64,000 nt of DNA from Gammaproteobacteria bacterium (GCA_963662545.2 CAXXLL010000003.1:352001-416000); one strand, 5' to 3'; numbered from the stretch's first letter, positions 9,067 through 19,192 are shown. The notes: generated from the sequence alone by a model not told the origin. Made by a program: numbers and translations.

Positions 9067-9159
9067 ACAATGCCCGTCCACAAGCTCGGCTCTGAAGCGG
9101 ACCCATTCCGACTGCACGAGAACCGCCAGCGCTTTTGAACCGGCCATGTAGTGTGCTCG

Positions 9160-9615
9160 TTACAGCCTGTTCCGCACTGGGGCTGAAATGGCGCTCGATA
9201 ATGGGCAGTTGTTTCGGGTGTATGGCGCCTTTGCCGGTCATGCCGAGTTCTGTGCATCGTGCGGCCTCGCGTTCGAGGCCATCCATGTCCTCGAGGTCGA
9301 GCCACGGTACGTCGATGAGATCGACCTGGGCTTCGGCGGTTGCATGGACAAGACGCGAGCGCGCGTACAGCAGGGCATCCCAGGTCGGCGCAACGCGCAA
9401 CTCCGCAGCCATGTCGGTACCGCCGAACAGCAGTGCGTCGACGCGCGCGCTCGCCCTCGCAATCTCGTGGCAGGCTTTGAGCCCCTGATTTGTTTCGACG
9501 ATAAGCTGCAACCGAGTAGCCGCCCCCACACTGGTCAGCAGTTCATCGAGCAGGCGTACTTCATCCGGCGATTTGATCTTGGGTAGCACCAACCCGGGCG
9601 GCGGTGCGTCCGTTC
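9160..9615 (-). pseudogene. CitE/HpcH-HpaI aldolase-citrate lyase beta family fragment, truncated at both ends
   Basis: LVLPKI, IVETNQG, LLFGGTDMAAEL, GMTGKGAIHPKQ; the flanking ORF parts are non-homologous. Confidence 0.75.
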
Positions 9616-9744
9616 GTATAACCTGATATTTAGACGCCCCGCCCAACGCACTCATAAACTTTGAATTCGACGGGAGGACAGCGCCGGGCCATTTTTTGAT
9701 ACGCTGCATTTTCCGAACCGCGTTCGCGCAAGATTGTTCCGACC

Positions 9745-9972
9745 ATGGCTGATCTCCTACTCGATACCAAGGGACTCAACTGCCCCTTACCGATCCTCAA
9801 GACCAAGCGATCGATGAAAGACGTACCCGTCGGAGGGACCATCGAGATCCTCGCCACCGATCCGGCGGCTGACGCGGACTTTCAGGCATTTTGCCGCGCT
9901 ACGGGGCACGAATTGGTCGAGTCTTCGCAGGAGGGCGACGTCTACCGGTTTCTAATCAGACGGGCTAAGTGA
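9745..9972 (+). CDS. tusA: TusA/SirA-family sulfur carrier
   Basis: LDTKGLNCPLPILKTK, ATDPAA..DF..FC. Confidence 0.9.
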   Translation: MADLLLDTKGLNCPLPILKTKRSMKDVPVGGTIEILATDPAADADFQAFCRATGHELVESSQEGDVYRFLIRRAK

Positions 9973-9990
9973 ATGACTGAATTAACCTAG

Positions 9991-10225
9991 CAGGCTGTTG
10001 AAAAAGTCGAACTTTCCCACCGATTGACGATCAGATCGTGTAGGTCAGAGTAACGGGGAGCAACCCGATGCGCGGAGTCGATGATCGTCAAGACAGGATG
10101 TTCAGTTACATCTCGCTGGAGGCGAGAGTGCCGGAAAACCATCCGTTGCGGCCGATCCGCACGATGTTCGATGAGGCGCTAGCGAAGCTGACGGCGAAAT
10201 TTGACACGATGTACGCCGACGGCGA
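9991..10225 (+). mobile_element. Truncated IS5-family element (left end and transposase N-terminus)
   Basis: CTAG followed by CAGGCTGTTGAAAAAGTC end; MRG.D..Q..MFSYISLE.RVP..HPLR.IR, then homology stops. Confidence 0.75.
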
Positions 10226-10295
10226 GCTCGACGTTGTATTGGGCGTCGATCTCGTCCTGGGTCGTGAACCGGCGATAAAGCATCGCGTAAATCAA

Positions 10296-10323
10296 GAGGT
10301 CAGAGTCAATTGACTCTGACCCC
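10296..10323. repeat. 28-bp palindrome GAGGTCAGAGTCAATTGACTCTGACCCC (REP-like)
   Basis: Seen directly; partner copy at 11322-11349. Confidence 0.8.
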
Positions 10324-10346
10324 TCGCCGGACAATCTCCCGGCCAA

Positions 10347-11273
10347 TCAGTAGCGCGGCACGCCGGGATCGATCTTCTGCGACCAGGCGTCGATGCCGCC
10401 CGCGAGGTTATGCGCGTTGCTATAACCATTGCGACTGAAAAAATCGGCCGCGGACTGGCTGCGCATACCGGTATGGCAGTGGAAGACGAGCAGCGCATCC
10501 TTCGCCAGTGAATCGATGAATTTCCGCGCCTCTTCGTCCAGCAGACGTGAGCCTTCGATCATGGCGCGTTCGCGTTCGTCTTTTTCACGCACGTCGAACA
10601 GGTGCACCGGTTCGCCCGCATCCATCTTCGCCTTGAGCTCCTCGACTGACATCTGCGCGGCGGGCGCCGGTGCGTTCGGGTTTTTGATGCTCATGCTCAT
10701 GCCCTGCGGCGTTTCCGTCATGTCGATCACGAGTCCGTCGGCGCGCCGCGCCGAGTCGACGTCCAGCAGGAGCTCGATGCCATTCGTGGTAACGCCAACC
10801 TCGTGGCCTTTCGCGGGGGCCAGACTGAATTCATGGTTCCAGTCGGCGTCGATACTGAGGTGCACCGGGACGCCCGGAGTCTCAGCCATCACGTTGCGGA
10901 TCGCCCTCGCCGCGGTGTCGCTGATGGTGATCTCCGGCGTGACGAGTTCGACCGGTTCCACGCCCAGCGCTTGGTGCAATTGGCCGGTGGTGTACATCTG
11001 CTGAATCACGTCGCAGCCGCCGAGGAATTCCTGATCCACGTAGAGCTGCGGTATCGTCGGCCATTGCGAATATTCCTTGATACCCTCCCTGATCTCCTGA
11101 TCCGCCAGGACATCGACCGTATCGTAATCGGGCGCCACATTGTTCAGAATGCTGATGACGGTGGCCGAGAAGCCGCATTGCGGCTGCTGCGGGGTGCCCT
11201 TCATAAAGAGCACGATTTTGTTCGACGCGATGGTCGAATCGAGGCGGGAGCGAAGCTCGTCGGTGAGCGGCAT
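10347..11273 (-). CDS. grxD: Monothiol glutaredoxin (CGFS) fused to a HesB-like domain and a rhodanese domain
   Basis: FMKGTP.QPQCGFS and WPTIPQLY; middle PEITISDTAA segment; C-terminal DVRE..E, CHTGMRS, LAGGIDAWS..IDP.VPRY. Confidence 0.9.
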   Translation of the reverse strand: MPLTDELRSRLDSTIASNKIVLFMKGTPQQPQCGFSATVISILNNVAPDYDTVDVLADQEIREGIKEYSQWPTIPQLYVDQEFLGGCDVIQQMYTTGQLHQALGVEPVELVTPEITISDTAARAIRNVMAETPGVPVHLSIDADWNHEFSLAPAKGHEVGVTTNGIELLLDVDSARRADGLVIDMTETPQGMSMSIKNPNAPAPAAQMSVEELKAKMDAGEPVHLFDVREKDERERAMIEGSRLLDEEARKFIDSLAKDALLVFHCHTGMRSQSAADFFSRNGYSNAHNLAGGIDAWSQKIDPGVPRY

Positions 11274-11321
11274 GGTCAACTCTTTGATGACGTTCGAGAC
11301 TGTACACAGTGTATAAAACAG

Positions 11322-11349
11322 GGGGTCAGAGTCAATTGACGCTGACCCC
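11322..11349. repeat. 28-bp palindrome GGGGTCAGAGTCAATTGACGCTGACCCC (REP-like)
   Basis: Seen directly; partner copy at 10296-10323. Confidence 0.8.
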
Positions 11350-11368
11350 ACACCCGGAGAAACTTCCC

Positions 11369-11830
11369 ATGCGACTCATTGCGGCGATGATCATCGTGCA
11401 ACTGGCCCTTGGCTCGCTGGCCTTTGCCGTTGAAAGCCCGGAGGAACGCGCGGAAGCACTGTCGTCCTTCGCCGAGTTTACCGTACCGCAAACCGGTGGT
11501 CCGCATCCGCTTGCGATCCTGATGCCCGGATGCCTCGGCTGGCACCCGCATCACGAACGATGGCGGGACGACTTGTTGAGTCGCGGGTTCGCCGTCCTGC
11601 AGGTCGACAGTTTCGGCGCGCGGGGTGTCGACGATCGCGCGGTCATGGAACGGGACATCTGCACGGGACGGCGCATCCCCGGATCCGAGCGCGCGGGGGA
11701 TCTCATGGCCGTGCTGCGGAGATCTGGGAGCGCCTCGACGTGCGGGCGGACCGGACGATCCTGATGGGCTGGTCCACGGCGGCTGGAGCGCGATGGATTT
11801 CATGATCCTAGCCGAAACCGCAACATCGAA
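11369..11830 (+). pseudogene. Dienelactone-hydrolase-like alpha/beta hydrolase, frameshifted and truncated
   Basis: Signal peptide, ILMPGCLG and GFAVLQVDSF; the ILMGWS/HGGWSAM nucleophile motif is split across frames near 11720 and 11775. Confidence 0.7.
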
Positions 11831-11866
11831 GCCGTCAACCCGCGAAGAGCGGCGAGGACGCGGCGC

Positions 11867-12268
11867 TTAAGAACCGCTGCCGCCGCAGCCGCTGCACATG
11901 CCGCTGCCGCCTACACTCTCAAAGACATTGTTAAAGACAAAGGACTCATTGAGGCCGTCCTTGACGTAGTCGATTTCGCAGCCCCGTAGGAAGTTCAGGG
12001 CGACGGCATCCACCACCAGCTGGAAGCCCTCACGCTGAAGGACACAGTCGTACTCGGTCCGCCCGTCAACGTAGGTCATCCCATAGCTGAGCCCATTGCA
12101 TCCGCCACCCTCAACAAAGATACGCAGGGCAGTGAACTCCGCCTCGGCCTCCTCCATGATGTTCGCGAGCTGCGCTTCGCAAGCGGGCGTAATCGTTATG
12201 GTTTGCGCGGTGATCGCCTGCGGATATTCGGACCTCGATTCTTGCAACACGGTCTTGAACCTCACTCA
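11867..12268 (-). CDS. HesB/IscA/ErpA-family A-type Fe-S carrier
   Basis: LRIFVEGGGCNGLSYG, VVDAVALNFLRGCEIDYV; atypical C-terminus GGSGMCSGCGG. Confidence 0.85.
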
Positions 12269-12361
12269 TTCAACTGCAATAATTAGATAAAATAATTCTT
12301 GAGTATTTTACTCAACTATTATAGCTCGGTCGACCTCACCCCGCCTCGAAGCCCACTAGCC

Positions 12362-12646
12362 ATGGCACGCTCCGTTAATTGCCCGATCCTGCAGCGCGAG
12401 GCCGAGGGCCTCGACGCACCTCCGTACCCCGGCACTTTGGGGACGCGCATCTATGAGGAAATTTCCAAGGAAGGATGGCAGCAGTGGCTAGAGCGGCTCA
12501 CCATGATCATGAATGAGAACGGGTTGAGCACGGCAGATCCGGACGCTTTACCTCTCATTGAAGATCACATGCGGGGATTCCTCTTCGGAGAAGGCGATCT
12601 CGGCGGTCTACCGCCGGGATTCGTCCCCCAGGGCCAGAAAAAGTAA
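12362..12646 (+). CDS. yggX: Fe(II)-trafficking / oxidative damage protection protein
   Basis: MAR.V.C..L.REAEGLD.PPYPG.LG.RIYE.ISKE.WQQW. Confidence 0.9.
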   Translation: MARSVNCPILQREAEGLDAPPYPGTLGTRIYEEISKEGWQQWLERLTMIMNENGLSTADPDALPLIEDHMRGFLFGEGDLGGLPPGFVPQGQKK

Positions 12647-12717
12647 CCAGCGCAGCGGAACGATTTCCGCAGTTCCGCTGTTGGCATCTCCGGTCGCGGG
12701 CGGAAGTGCTTTGGCGG

Positions 12718-14109
12718 TTATAGTTCAGCGAACTGCTCGTCCGTCGGCTCAGCGCAACAATACCAAGGCTCACTCAACTCCGCCGATGGCGCGCGGTCGG
12801 CCATTATCGGCAGGGGCGGCGTCGGCCGATCCAGGTACGCATGGGTAAGCGCCCAGATCTCCCTGAATAATTGCTCGCGCGGCTTCCCTGCGGCTTGCTG
12901 TACCACCCGCTGAATTTCAACCTGCAGTTCGTCTACCTTGGGGTCGGCACTGGACCACGGATAAACGAGTGCCGCCTGCTCGAGCGGGCCAACGCGATCG
13001 CGGATCTCCTGCAATTCCAGCAGCCGCGATCCGGGTGGGATCAACAGGCGGATGGCAAGCTGCACCGGCGCGACTGCGCCCACCAGACCGAGCTCGGTAA
13101 GCGCCACCAGCAGATCCTGGTAGCCCGTCAGTGTCGTCCAAGGCGTAAACGCGACGAAAGTCGGCGAGAGCGTCAGCCCCAGTTCATCGAAAATGCGCAC
13201 CACCCGGTAGAAATCCTCGCGGGTGTGGCCTTTGTCCAAGCGGGCGAGGATCTGATCATCAACCGACTCGACGGCCGTGGTGACGAAAAGACACCCTGTG
13301 CGTTTCAATATCGGCAGCAGCCGGCCGTGCGCGAGCAGGTGCTCGACCTTGATGGTTACGTCATAAGTCAACTGCGGGAATTGCTCATGTAGCGCCTCGA
13401 CGATACGCACAGCGTGGGTCGGCCCGTTGAAGAAATCCGGATCGCCGAAGGTAATATGGCGTGCGCCCGCCATCACTTGCTGGCGAAGGTCGGCCAGCAC
13501 GATCTCGCGCGGCACGGCGCGAAAGCGTCCGTTATACACCGGAACCACCGGACAGTGCCGGCAGCGGTGCTTGCAGCCCCGACTGGCCTCGACGTAGCCG
13601 GTAACCCGCGTCTCGCCGTTGGGCATCCGCAGAAATGCATAGCGGTCGAGCGCCGGAAGGTCGCTACGGTCCGGTACCAGAAATCGCTGCCCGGCCAGGG
13701 AGATCCGCGGTTCCAGTTGCTCGCCGGTCTTACAGGACACGCCGGATTCGAGCCGTTCGGCGAGTGCCATGAGTCCCGCCTCGAACTCGCCCCCCAGTAC
13801 CGTCCCGACACCGAGTTCCCGAAGGTACGCTTCGTTCGTCGGCGCATAAAGACCATAGGCGGCGATATGCGCGCGTGGGTTGAGGTGCTTCACCCGGGGG
13901 ATCAGCCGGGCGGCAAGCCGGGTCGCCGTGTGCATCGGCACATAGAAAGCCGCTAAGTCAGCTTTGCGAACAAGGTCTTCGTCCCAGCTCTCCACTGCCA
14001 GATCCAAGGTCCACACTGAATCGCCGCGCTCCCGCAAGCACGCAGCAGGCTCCGCCAGACCAAACGGTTGGTGGCCGAGTTCATAGGTGGAAATGAGGAC
14101 GACGTTCAA
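12718..14109 (-). CDS. CUAEP/CCAEP-tail radical SAM protein (B12-binding-like N-terminus)
   Basis: ISTYELGHQPFGLA; SRGCKHRCRHCP (CxxxCxxC); C-terminal EPWYCCAEP. Confidence 0.9.
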   Translation of the reverse strand: MNVVLISTYELGHQPFGLAEPAACLRERGDSVWTLDLAVESWDEDLVRKADLAAFYVPMHTATRLAARLIPRVKHLNPRAHIAAYGLYAPTNEAYLRELGVGTVLGGEFEAGLMALAERLESGVSCKTGEQLEPRISLAGQRFLVPDRSDLPALDRYAFLRMPNGETRVTGYVEASRGCKHRCRHCPVVPVYNGRFRAVPREIVLADLRQQVMAGARHITFGDPDFFNGPTHAVRIVEALHEQFPQLTYDVTIKVEHLLAHGRLLPILKRTGCLFVTTAVESVDDQILARLDKGHTREDFYRVVRIFDELGLTLSPTFVAFTPWTTLTGYQDLLVALTELGLVGAVAPVQLAIRLLIPPGSRLLELQEIRDRVGPLEQAALVYPWSSADPKVDELQVEIQRVVQQAAGKPREQLFREIWALTHAYLDRPTPPLPIMADRAPSAELSEPWYCCAEPTDEQFAEL

Positions 14110-14203
14110 TCCCGACTCAACTTGTCAAACATGGAGCGGCGATTCTATTTCCGTGGGGGCGGATAACTGAGACGTGGGCCCAAAGTAAACCTCAATCGGC
14201 AGT

Positions 14204-14518
14204 CTATTCTTCCACTTCAATTTCGATTTCGTCGCCCGACAAACGGACATTATATTTGCTGACATCATCGCTCGCTGGGGCGAGAGTAACCTTCCCGGAT
14301 CTGATGTTGAAATGCGCACCGTGCCACGGACATTCGATCTCGTCACCTTCGATATTCCCCTGACTGAGGGCCCCACCTCGGTGCGTACAGGTGTCATCAA
14401 TGGCGAAGAACTCATCACCAAGCTTAAATAGGGCGACCTTCTTCCCCGCCACCTCTACGCATTTGGCCGGTTGGTTGTCGAAATCGGAAAGTTTAGCTAC
14501 GGGGACAAAATTTGACAT
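14204..14518 (-). CDS. Rieske-type [2Fe-2S] ferredoxin (dioxygenase ferredoxin/Suf-associated type)
   Basis: CTH...CPWHG Rieske motifs. Confidence 0.92.
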   Translation of the reverse strand: MSNFVPVAKLSDFDNQPAKCVEVAGKKVALFKLGDEFFAIDDTCTHRGGALSQGNIEGDEIECPWHGAHFNIRSGKVTLAPASDDVSKYNVRLSGDEIEIEVEE

Positions 14519-14996
14519 GGTCACGCTCCGTTCCCGAATGCCTACGTGCAACCGATCTTTAGATTTTCACGGATCACAAGCCATCGGGCGTCTGTTACAA
14601 GTATAGAATCTGCAAATCCCGATGCCAACTGGAGTGAATCTCTGACTTCGCCCAGAGGACGGGATCGCAGTGTGTGTTGCAGTGGACGTTGTCGCAGCGC
14701 AGAACACAGGAAAGCCGCGTGTCCTCCTACGTTTCTTGCTTAGACCACGCAATAGCGGTCATGCATTCCAAGCTCAATAATGCTAACGAGTTTTTTATCG
14801 TCGCTGAACAAACTGCCCATCCAGGTGGTGTAGATCCGAAAATCATCAATCATTTTTACGCTCGATCGGGCGAACCCTGAAGGCGTAATATGGTCTTCAT
14901 CAACAATTTGGTTCGCCGCCACTGAACGGTATCATTTCCTCGGCGTCAACGGGTACGCGACGGCACTGGATCATCGTACCAAGGTGGTATCGAGCC

Positions 14997-15245
14997 TCAG
15001 TCGTTGAGGCCCGGCAGCGCTGCTTGTGGGGGTGCTCGAGCGGAAGGAATGCCGGACCGCGTCGGCTGCGCATCGCGCCGGTCAAGATGGTCGAGGATGC
15101 GTTGGATGACGGCGGGGTCTTCGATGCAGGCGATGATCCTGAGGTTGGCGCCGCAAGCATCGCAGATATCGAAGTCGATGTTGAACACGCGTTTCAAGCG
15201 CCTGGCCCAGGTCATGGCGGCGCGACGCTCGGCGGGCGGGCGTGA
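14997..15245 (-). pseudogene. C-terminal fragment of an IS91-like transposase
   Basis: MTWARRLKRVFNID..C..CG...RIIACIEDPAVI.RILDHL...RAPP. Confidence 0.8.
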
Positions 15246-15274
15246 CCTGGGCGCGCAGCGGGCTATTCGGCGCA

Positions 15275-15862
15275 AAGACGCCGTGGGTGGTCGTCGCCAA
15301 GCAGGTCGCGTCACTCGATGTTTTAAGTGGTGGCCGCGTTTTGTTCGGCGTAGGTGTGGGATGGCTGAAGGAAGAGTTTGAGGCACTCGGTGCGCCTTTC
15401 GAACGCCGGGGCCAACGTACCGACGAGTACATCGAAGCGATACGGGCATTGTGGACACAAGAAAAACCGACCTATAAAGGCGAGATCGTGAATTTCGAGA
15501 ATGCCTACTGCCGACCGCAACCCCGCCAGGCCCCGATCCCCATCATTATTGGCGGGCATTCGAAGGCCGCTGCCAGACGGGCAGGTCGCTTAGCCGATGG
15601 TTATTTTCCCGCGCGTGAAGCGCCAGCGGACCTGATAGAAGAGGCGCGCGCTGCGGCAGTTGCGCATGGCCGTGATCCGGCAGCAGTCGAATTCACAGCA
15701 AGCATGCCGAGCGATCCCGAACTGCTATCCGACTACGCGCGCTTGAGCGTGAACCGCGTGTTGGTGCCCGTCACGACCGTGACCGGTCTCGACAGTGGTA
15801 TAAAAAATCCTGATGACGTCCTTCAATGGAAGGATACGATTGAACGATTCGCTGATCTGTAG
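15275..15862 (+). pseudogene. 5'-truncated LLM-class (F420-dependent type) oxidoreductase
   Basis: AKQVASLDVLSGGR..FGVGVGWLKEEF, IGGHS.AAARRA; the N-terminus is replaced by the IS91 fragment. Confidence 0.8.
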
Positions 15863-15894
15863 ATAGCAGTGAGACCGGAGTAAGTTCCCGCCTT

Positions 15895-17115
15895 CTACGA
15901 ACCGTGAGGCTTTGGCAGGAGCGCGAACAGCACTAGTGCGCAGGCGGCGATAAGGACGCAGTAAAAAAAGGCGAGATGATAATCGCCGTGAACGTCTCGG
16001 AGGTATCCGGCGAGAGCAGGACCCCACGCGCCCAATATTCCGCCACCGGCAAATATGAACCCGCCGATCGTCCCCGCGTGGGCCGGCCCAAACAAGTCGC
16101 CCACAAGTGCCGGGAAGAGGGTTGCGATGCCGCCGTAGAAAAACCCGAAGGCCGCGGCGCCTAAGTAGAGCGTGGTTACGCTCTCGGCGTTGAGAAACAG
16201 GACGTAGGCCAGGACCTGGGAGGCCAACGCAAAAACCATCATGGCCTTGCGGCCGATTCGATCCGACACTGTGCCAAGAGAAACGCTCCCAATGAGCGCG
16301 AATAGACCCATGATGCTGAACGTCATCGCGCCGGCAATGTCGGACAAGCCGATGTCCTGTGCGAAACCGGCGATGTGCACGAACGGCACGGTGGTGGTGA
16401 GCATTCCGACCGCGAACGCCACCAGGAACACCCAGAACGATAATGTCGCAGCCGCCTCACGTAACGTCCAGCTAGTCGTATCATCGAGTGAGCCAGCGAT
16501 TGAGTCTTGCGCCGGTGCGCCGTCGCCGTCTGGCAATAAACCCATCCGTTTCGGATCGCTCACCATGAAACGGGCAACGACGCTTATTAGGACAAGCATG
16601 CCCGCTCCCAGCGTCAGCATGGCGGTGCGCCAATCCGTGAGATTGATGAGGAGCGAGGTAAACACCGGCACGACGAGGATCCCGCAACTCGCGCCGCAAG
16701 AAGCGACGCCCAAGGCGAGTCCGCGCTTACGGTGAAACCAGCGAACCACGGTCATATTGCAGGGAATGTAGGCTGTGCTCATACCGAGCGCGGCCACGAT
16801 GCCGTACCAAAAGAAGAGCTGCCACTGTGACGACATCTGGCTCGTCGCCATAATTCCTACCCCCAGCAAGACGGCGCCGAGACCCACGACCCGACGTGGT
16901 CCGAGTGAATCGGTGAGCTTTCCACTGAGCAGGCTGAACGTCGTGTACACGACGGTATAAAAAGAAAACGCTCCGCCCAGGCTCGCGCGCTGCCAACCCA
17001 GGTCATCCACCATGACCGGGACAAAGATGCCGAACGAATACTGCACGCCGTAGGTGAGGAAGAGCACCACGAAGGCACAACCGGTAACTATCCAACCATA
17101 GAAAAGAGGTTTCAT
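15895..17115 (-). CDS. MFS transporter (MCT/OFA-like)
   Basis: 406 aa, about 12 hydrophobic segments, GKLTDSLGPRR and SDRIGRK motifs. Confidence 0.92.
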   Translation of the reverse strand: MKPLFYGWIVTGCAFVVLFLTYGVQYSFGIFVPVMVDDLGWQRASLGGAFSFYTVVYTTFSLLSGKLTDSLGPRRVVGLGAVLLGVGIMATSQMSSQWQLFFWYGIVAALGMSTAYIPCNMTVVRWFHRKRGLALGVASCGASCGILVVPVFTSLLINLTDWRTAMLTLGAGMLVLISVVARFMVSDPKRMGLLPDGDGAPAQDSIAGSLDDTTSWTLREAAATLSFWVFLVAFAVGMLTTTVPFVHIAGFAQDIGLSDIAGAMTFSIMGLFALIGSVSLGTVSDRIGRKAMMVFALASQVLAYVLFLNAESVTTLYLGAAAFGFFYGGIATLFPALVGDLFGPAHAGTIGGFIFAGGGILGAWGPALAGYLRDVHGDYHLAFFYCVLIAACALVLFALLPKPHGS

Positions 17116-17458
17116 AGATTGACCTGAATCTAGTGAACACCTACAAATATTCTGACGCTAAAAAGCTCAGTGATACCTGCAATTCACGTAAGCTCCCGAT
17201 ATGCTGATCCGATCAATTCGACTTATCATTGGGCGATTGGTGCATACGAATCAAAGGCATGGTCTGCACAAATGAAATTCATGATCAATTTGATGTCACT
17301 ACCGGGGGGGGGCGCAGTGTGGGAAAAATATACTCCCGGAGGATTTTCAGATATACGTCGAAACAGAAATCCTAACAAAATCACCTGACCCAGATTACAA
17401 GATGCCGGGTACTTAATCTGACATCGCATTGGGACGAGCTTCAAGGGTTACTTTCGCC

Positions 17459-17557
17459 GAACGCTGCTCGACGACCGCTTACGAGGGTACTGCAGACGTA
17501 ATCTCTAGCTGTGCTGCAGTGCCGCGATGAGGCCGGAAACGAGCCCTAAACGGAAGT
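17459..17557 (+). repeat. Tripartite palindromic repeat, copy D (unit 1 eroded)
   Basis: acgaccgcttacgagggtactgcagacgt...gtgctgcagtgccgcgatgaggccgg. Confidence 0.8.
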
Positions 17558-17666
17558 TTTGGCCCCGCGTTTTCGCGCAAGGGGGTTCTTACGGATCCCG
17601 ACCCTCGATTAGCGGACCTCCAAAATGGAACAATGGGCGGCAATTCGTTACCAGCGGAGAAGGGTT

Positions 17667-18740
17667 ATGGAATTTGGCATCAGTTTCCCGACATACATCC
17701 GATCCTGGCACGACGCCAAGATGGCGGAGGACTATGGTTTCTCGCATGCATGGTTCTACGACTCGCAAATGGGTTATAGCGACGTCTATGCGAGCATGGC
17801 GCTCTGCGCCTACCACACGCGCACGTTGAAGCTGGGTAGTTACGTTTCTATCCTGGGTAATCGCATCGCACCGGTCACCGCGCATTCCATCGCCACGATC
17901 AACGAACTTGCGCCAGGACGAACGATACTCGGAATCGGCACCGGGTTCACCGCGCGAAACATGATGGGCATGCCACCCATTCCCCTCAAGACCATACGCG
18001 AACACACCGAGATCATCCGGGATCTGTTGGCTGGGAAGGAAGCGCTCTACCGCGAAGGCGAACGCGAGCGATACATCAAGTTTCTTCACCCCGATAGCGG
18101 CTACATCAACATAAAGGACCCCATCCCGATCCTCATGGCATCGAATGGACCGAAAGCTCTGAAACTCGCCGGTGAGATCGCGGACGGGTGGATTACCATC
18201 GTCCTCGATCCGGAGAACGTCGCCAACAGCATCAAGACCTTCGCCAAGAGCGCGAAAGCAGCGGGACGCGATTTATCCGAGGTCTACTGCAGCACCCTGA
18301 CTTCGAGTTGCGTGCTACGTCCTGGCGAATCGATCACCTCGCCCCGCGTGCTGCGTCAAATCGGCCCTTTCGCGATCCTGGCGCTGCACACCTATTGGGA
18401 CCCGGTCGAGATGAAGGTCGGCCCGTTCGCGCCACCTTCGATGGAACCACTCGCCAGGCGTTATTTCGATGAACACATTATGAAATTAAAAACGCCGCTC
18501 GACCGGCGATACCAGGAGATGCACCTTGGACACGAAGTGTTCCTCCGGCCGGGCGAAGAGGCGTTCATCACACCTGAACTGATCAAGATGACGACGCTAA
18601 CAGGATCTGGGGCGGAGATCGTCGATCGCATACGCGAACTGGAAGAAGCCGGCGTGAATAACATCGCCTTGAATGTCTGCGGCACCGACGCGCGCGAGAT
18701 GATCCGCGAGTTTGGTCGCGAGGTGATTTCCAAACTCTGA
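17667..18740 (+). CDS. LLM-class flavin-dependent oxidoreductase
   Basis: AEDYGFSHAWFYDS, PGRTILGIGTG, GPKALKLAGEIADG. Confidence 0.9.
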   Translation: MEFGISFPTYIRSWHDAKMAEDYGFSHAWFYDSQMGYSDVYASMALCAYHTRTLKLGSYVSILGNRIAPVTAHSIATINELAPGRTILGIGTGFTARNMMGMPPIPLKTIREHTEIIRDLLAGKEALYREGERERYIKFLHPDSGYINIKDPIPILMASNGPKALKLAGEIADGWITIVLDPENVANSIKTFAKSAKAAGRDLSEVYCSTLTSSCVLRPGESITSPRVLRQIGPFAILALHTYWDPVEMKVGPFAPPSMEPLARRYFDEHIMKLKTPLDRRYQEMHLGHEVFLRPGEEAFITPELIKMTTLTGSGAEIVDRIRELEEAGVNNIALNVCGTDAREMIREFGREVISKL

Positions 18741-18845
18741 TTTCAACACAGTGCTGCTACATAATTTGGTACTCCGTGAAAGCTCGCTTGCAGGCGAGCA
18801 GGCGGATGGAATGATCGGAAACTAACCGTTTTTCTACAAACTCGA

Positions 18846-19145
18846 ATGTCCGCTAAGCTGTCGTGCCCTCTCGACTCGATGCTTGAGGCAACTCGACGAC
18901 CGCTATGGAGGGGATTGCAGACGTAATCTCTAGCTGTGCTGCACTGCCGAGATTTGGCAGCTACCGACCCAGAGTGTGTGAAAACTATTTTCATTTTTCA
19001 AAAGTGGGGGAACTACCCTCGAAATTGGATCTAATTGAAATGCCGATCCCTATTCGAGGGGCATAACAACTATGCTGGTGGGGAATATTTTTATTTCGTC
19101 GTCGTATTTTTGAGTTTTCACACAGTCTGGACCCATAGCAGCCAT
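18846..19145 (+). repeat. Tripartite palindromic repeat, copy E (MITE inside unit 3)
   Basis: Matches copies C and H; unit 3 is split at CGACC^C. Confidence 0.85.
18970..19129. mobile_element. 160-bp MITE, copy 1 (IS1182-like ends), TSD GACC
   Basis: CAGAGTGTGTGAAAACT...AGTTTTCACACAGTCTG flanked by GACC on both sides. Confidence 0.85.
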
Positions 19146-19192
19146 CAGCGATGGCGAAAGGGGGTTGCGGTCAAGTCCGCTCCAACGACTTG

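Noticed and set aside
12740-12770. Selenocysteine in the radical SAM tail (CUAEP)
   Set aside because: The codons are TGT TGC (CCAEP); there is no in-frame TGA.
14611-14627. Sigma-54 promoter upstream of the Rieske gene (TGGCATCGGGATTTGCA, minus strand)
   Set aside because: GG-to-GC spacing is 11, not the required 10; valid only if there is a 1-base error.
14997-15458. Active IS91/ISCR element as the capture engine
   Set aside because: Only the C-terminal ~80 codons remain; no HUH catalytic region or clear ori/ter was seen.
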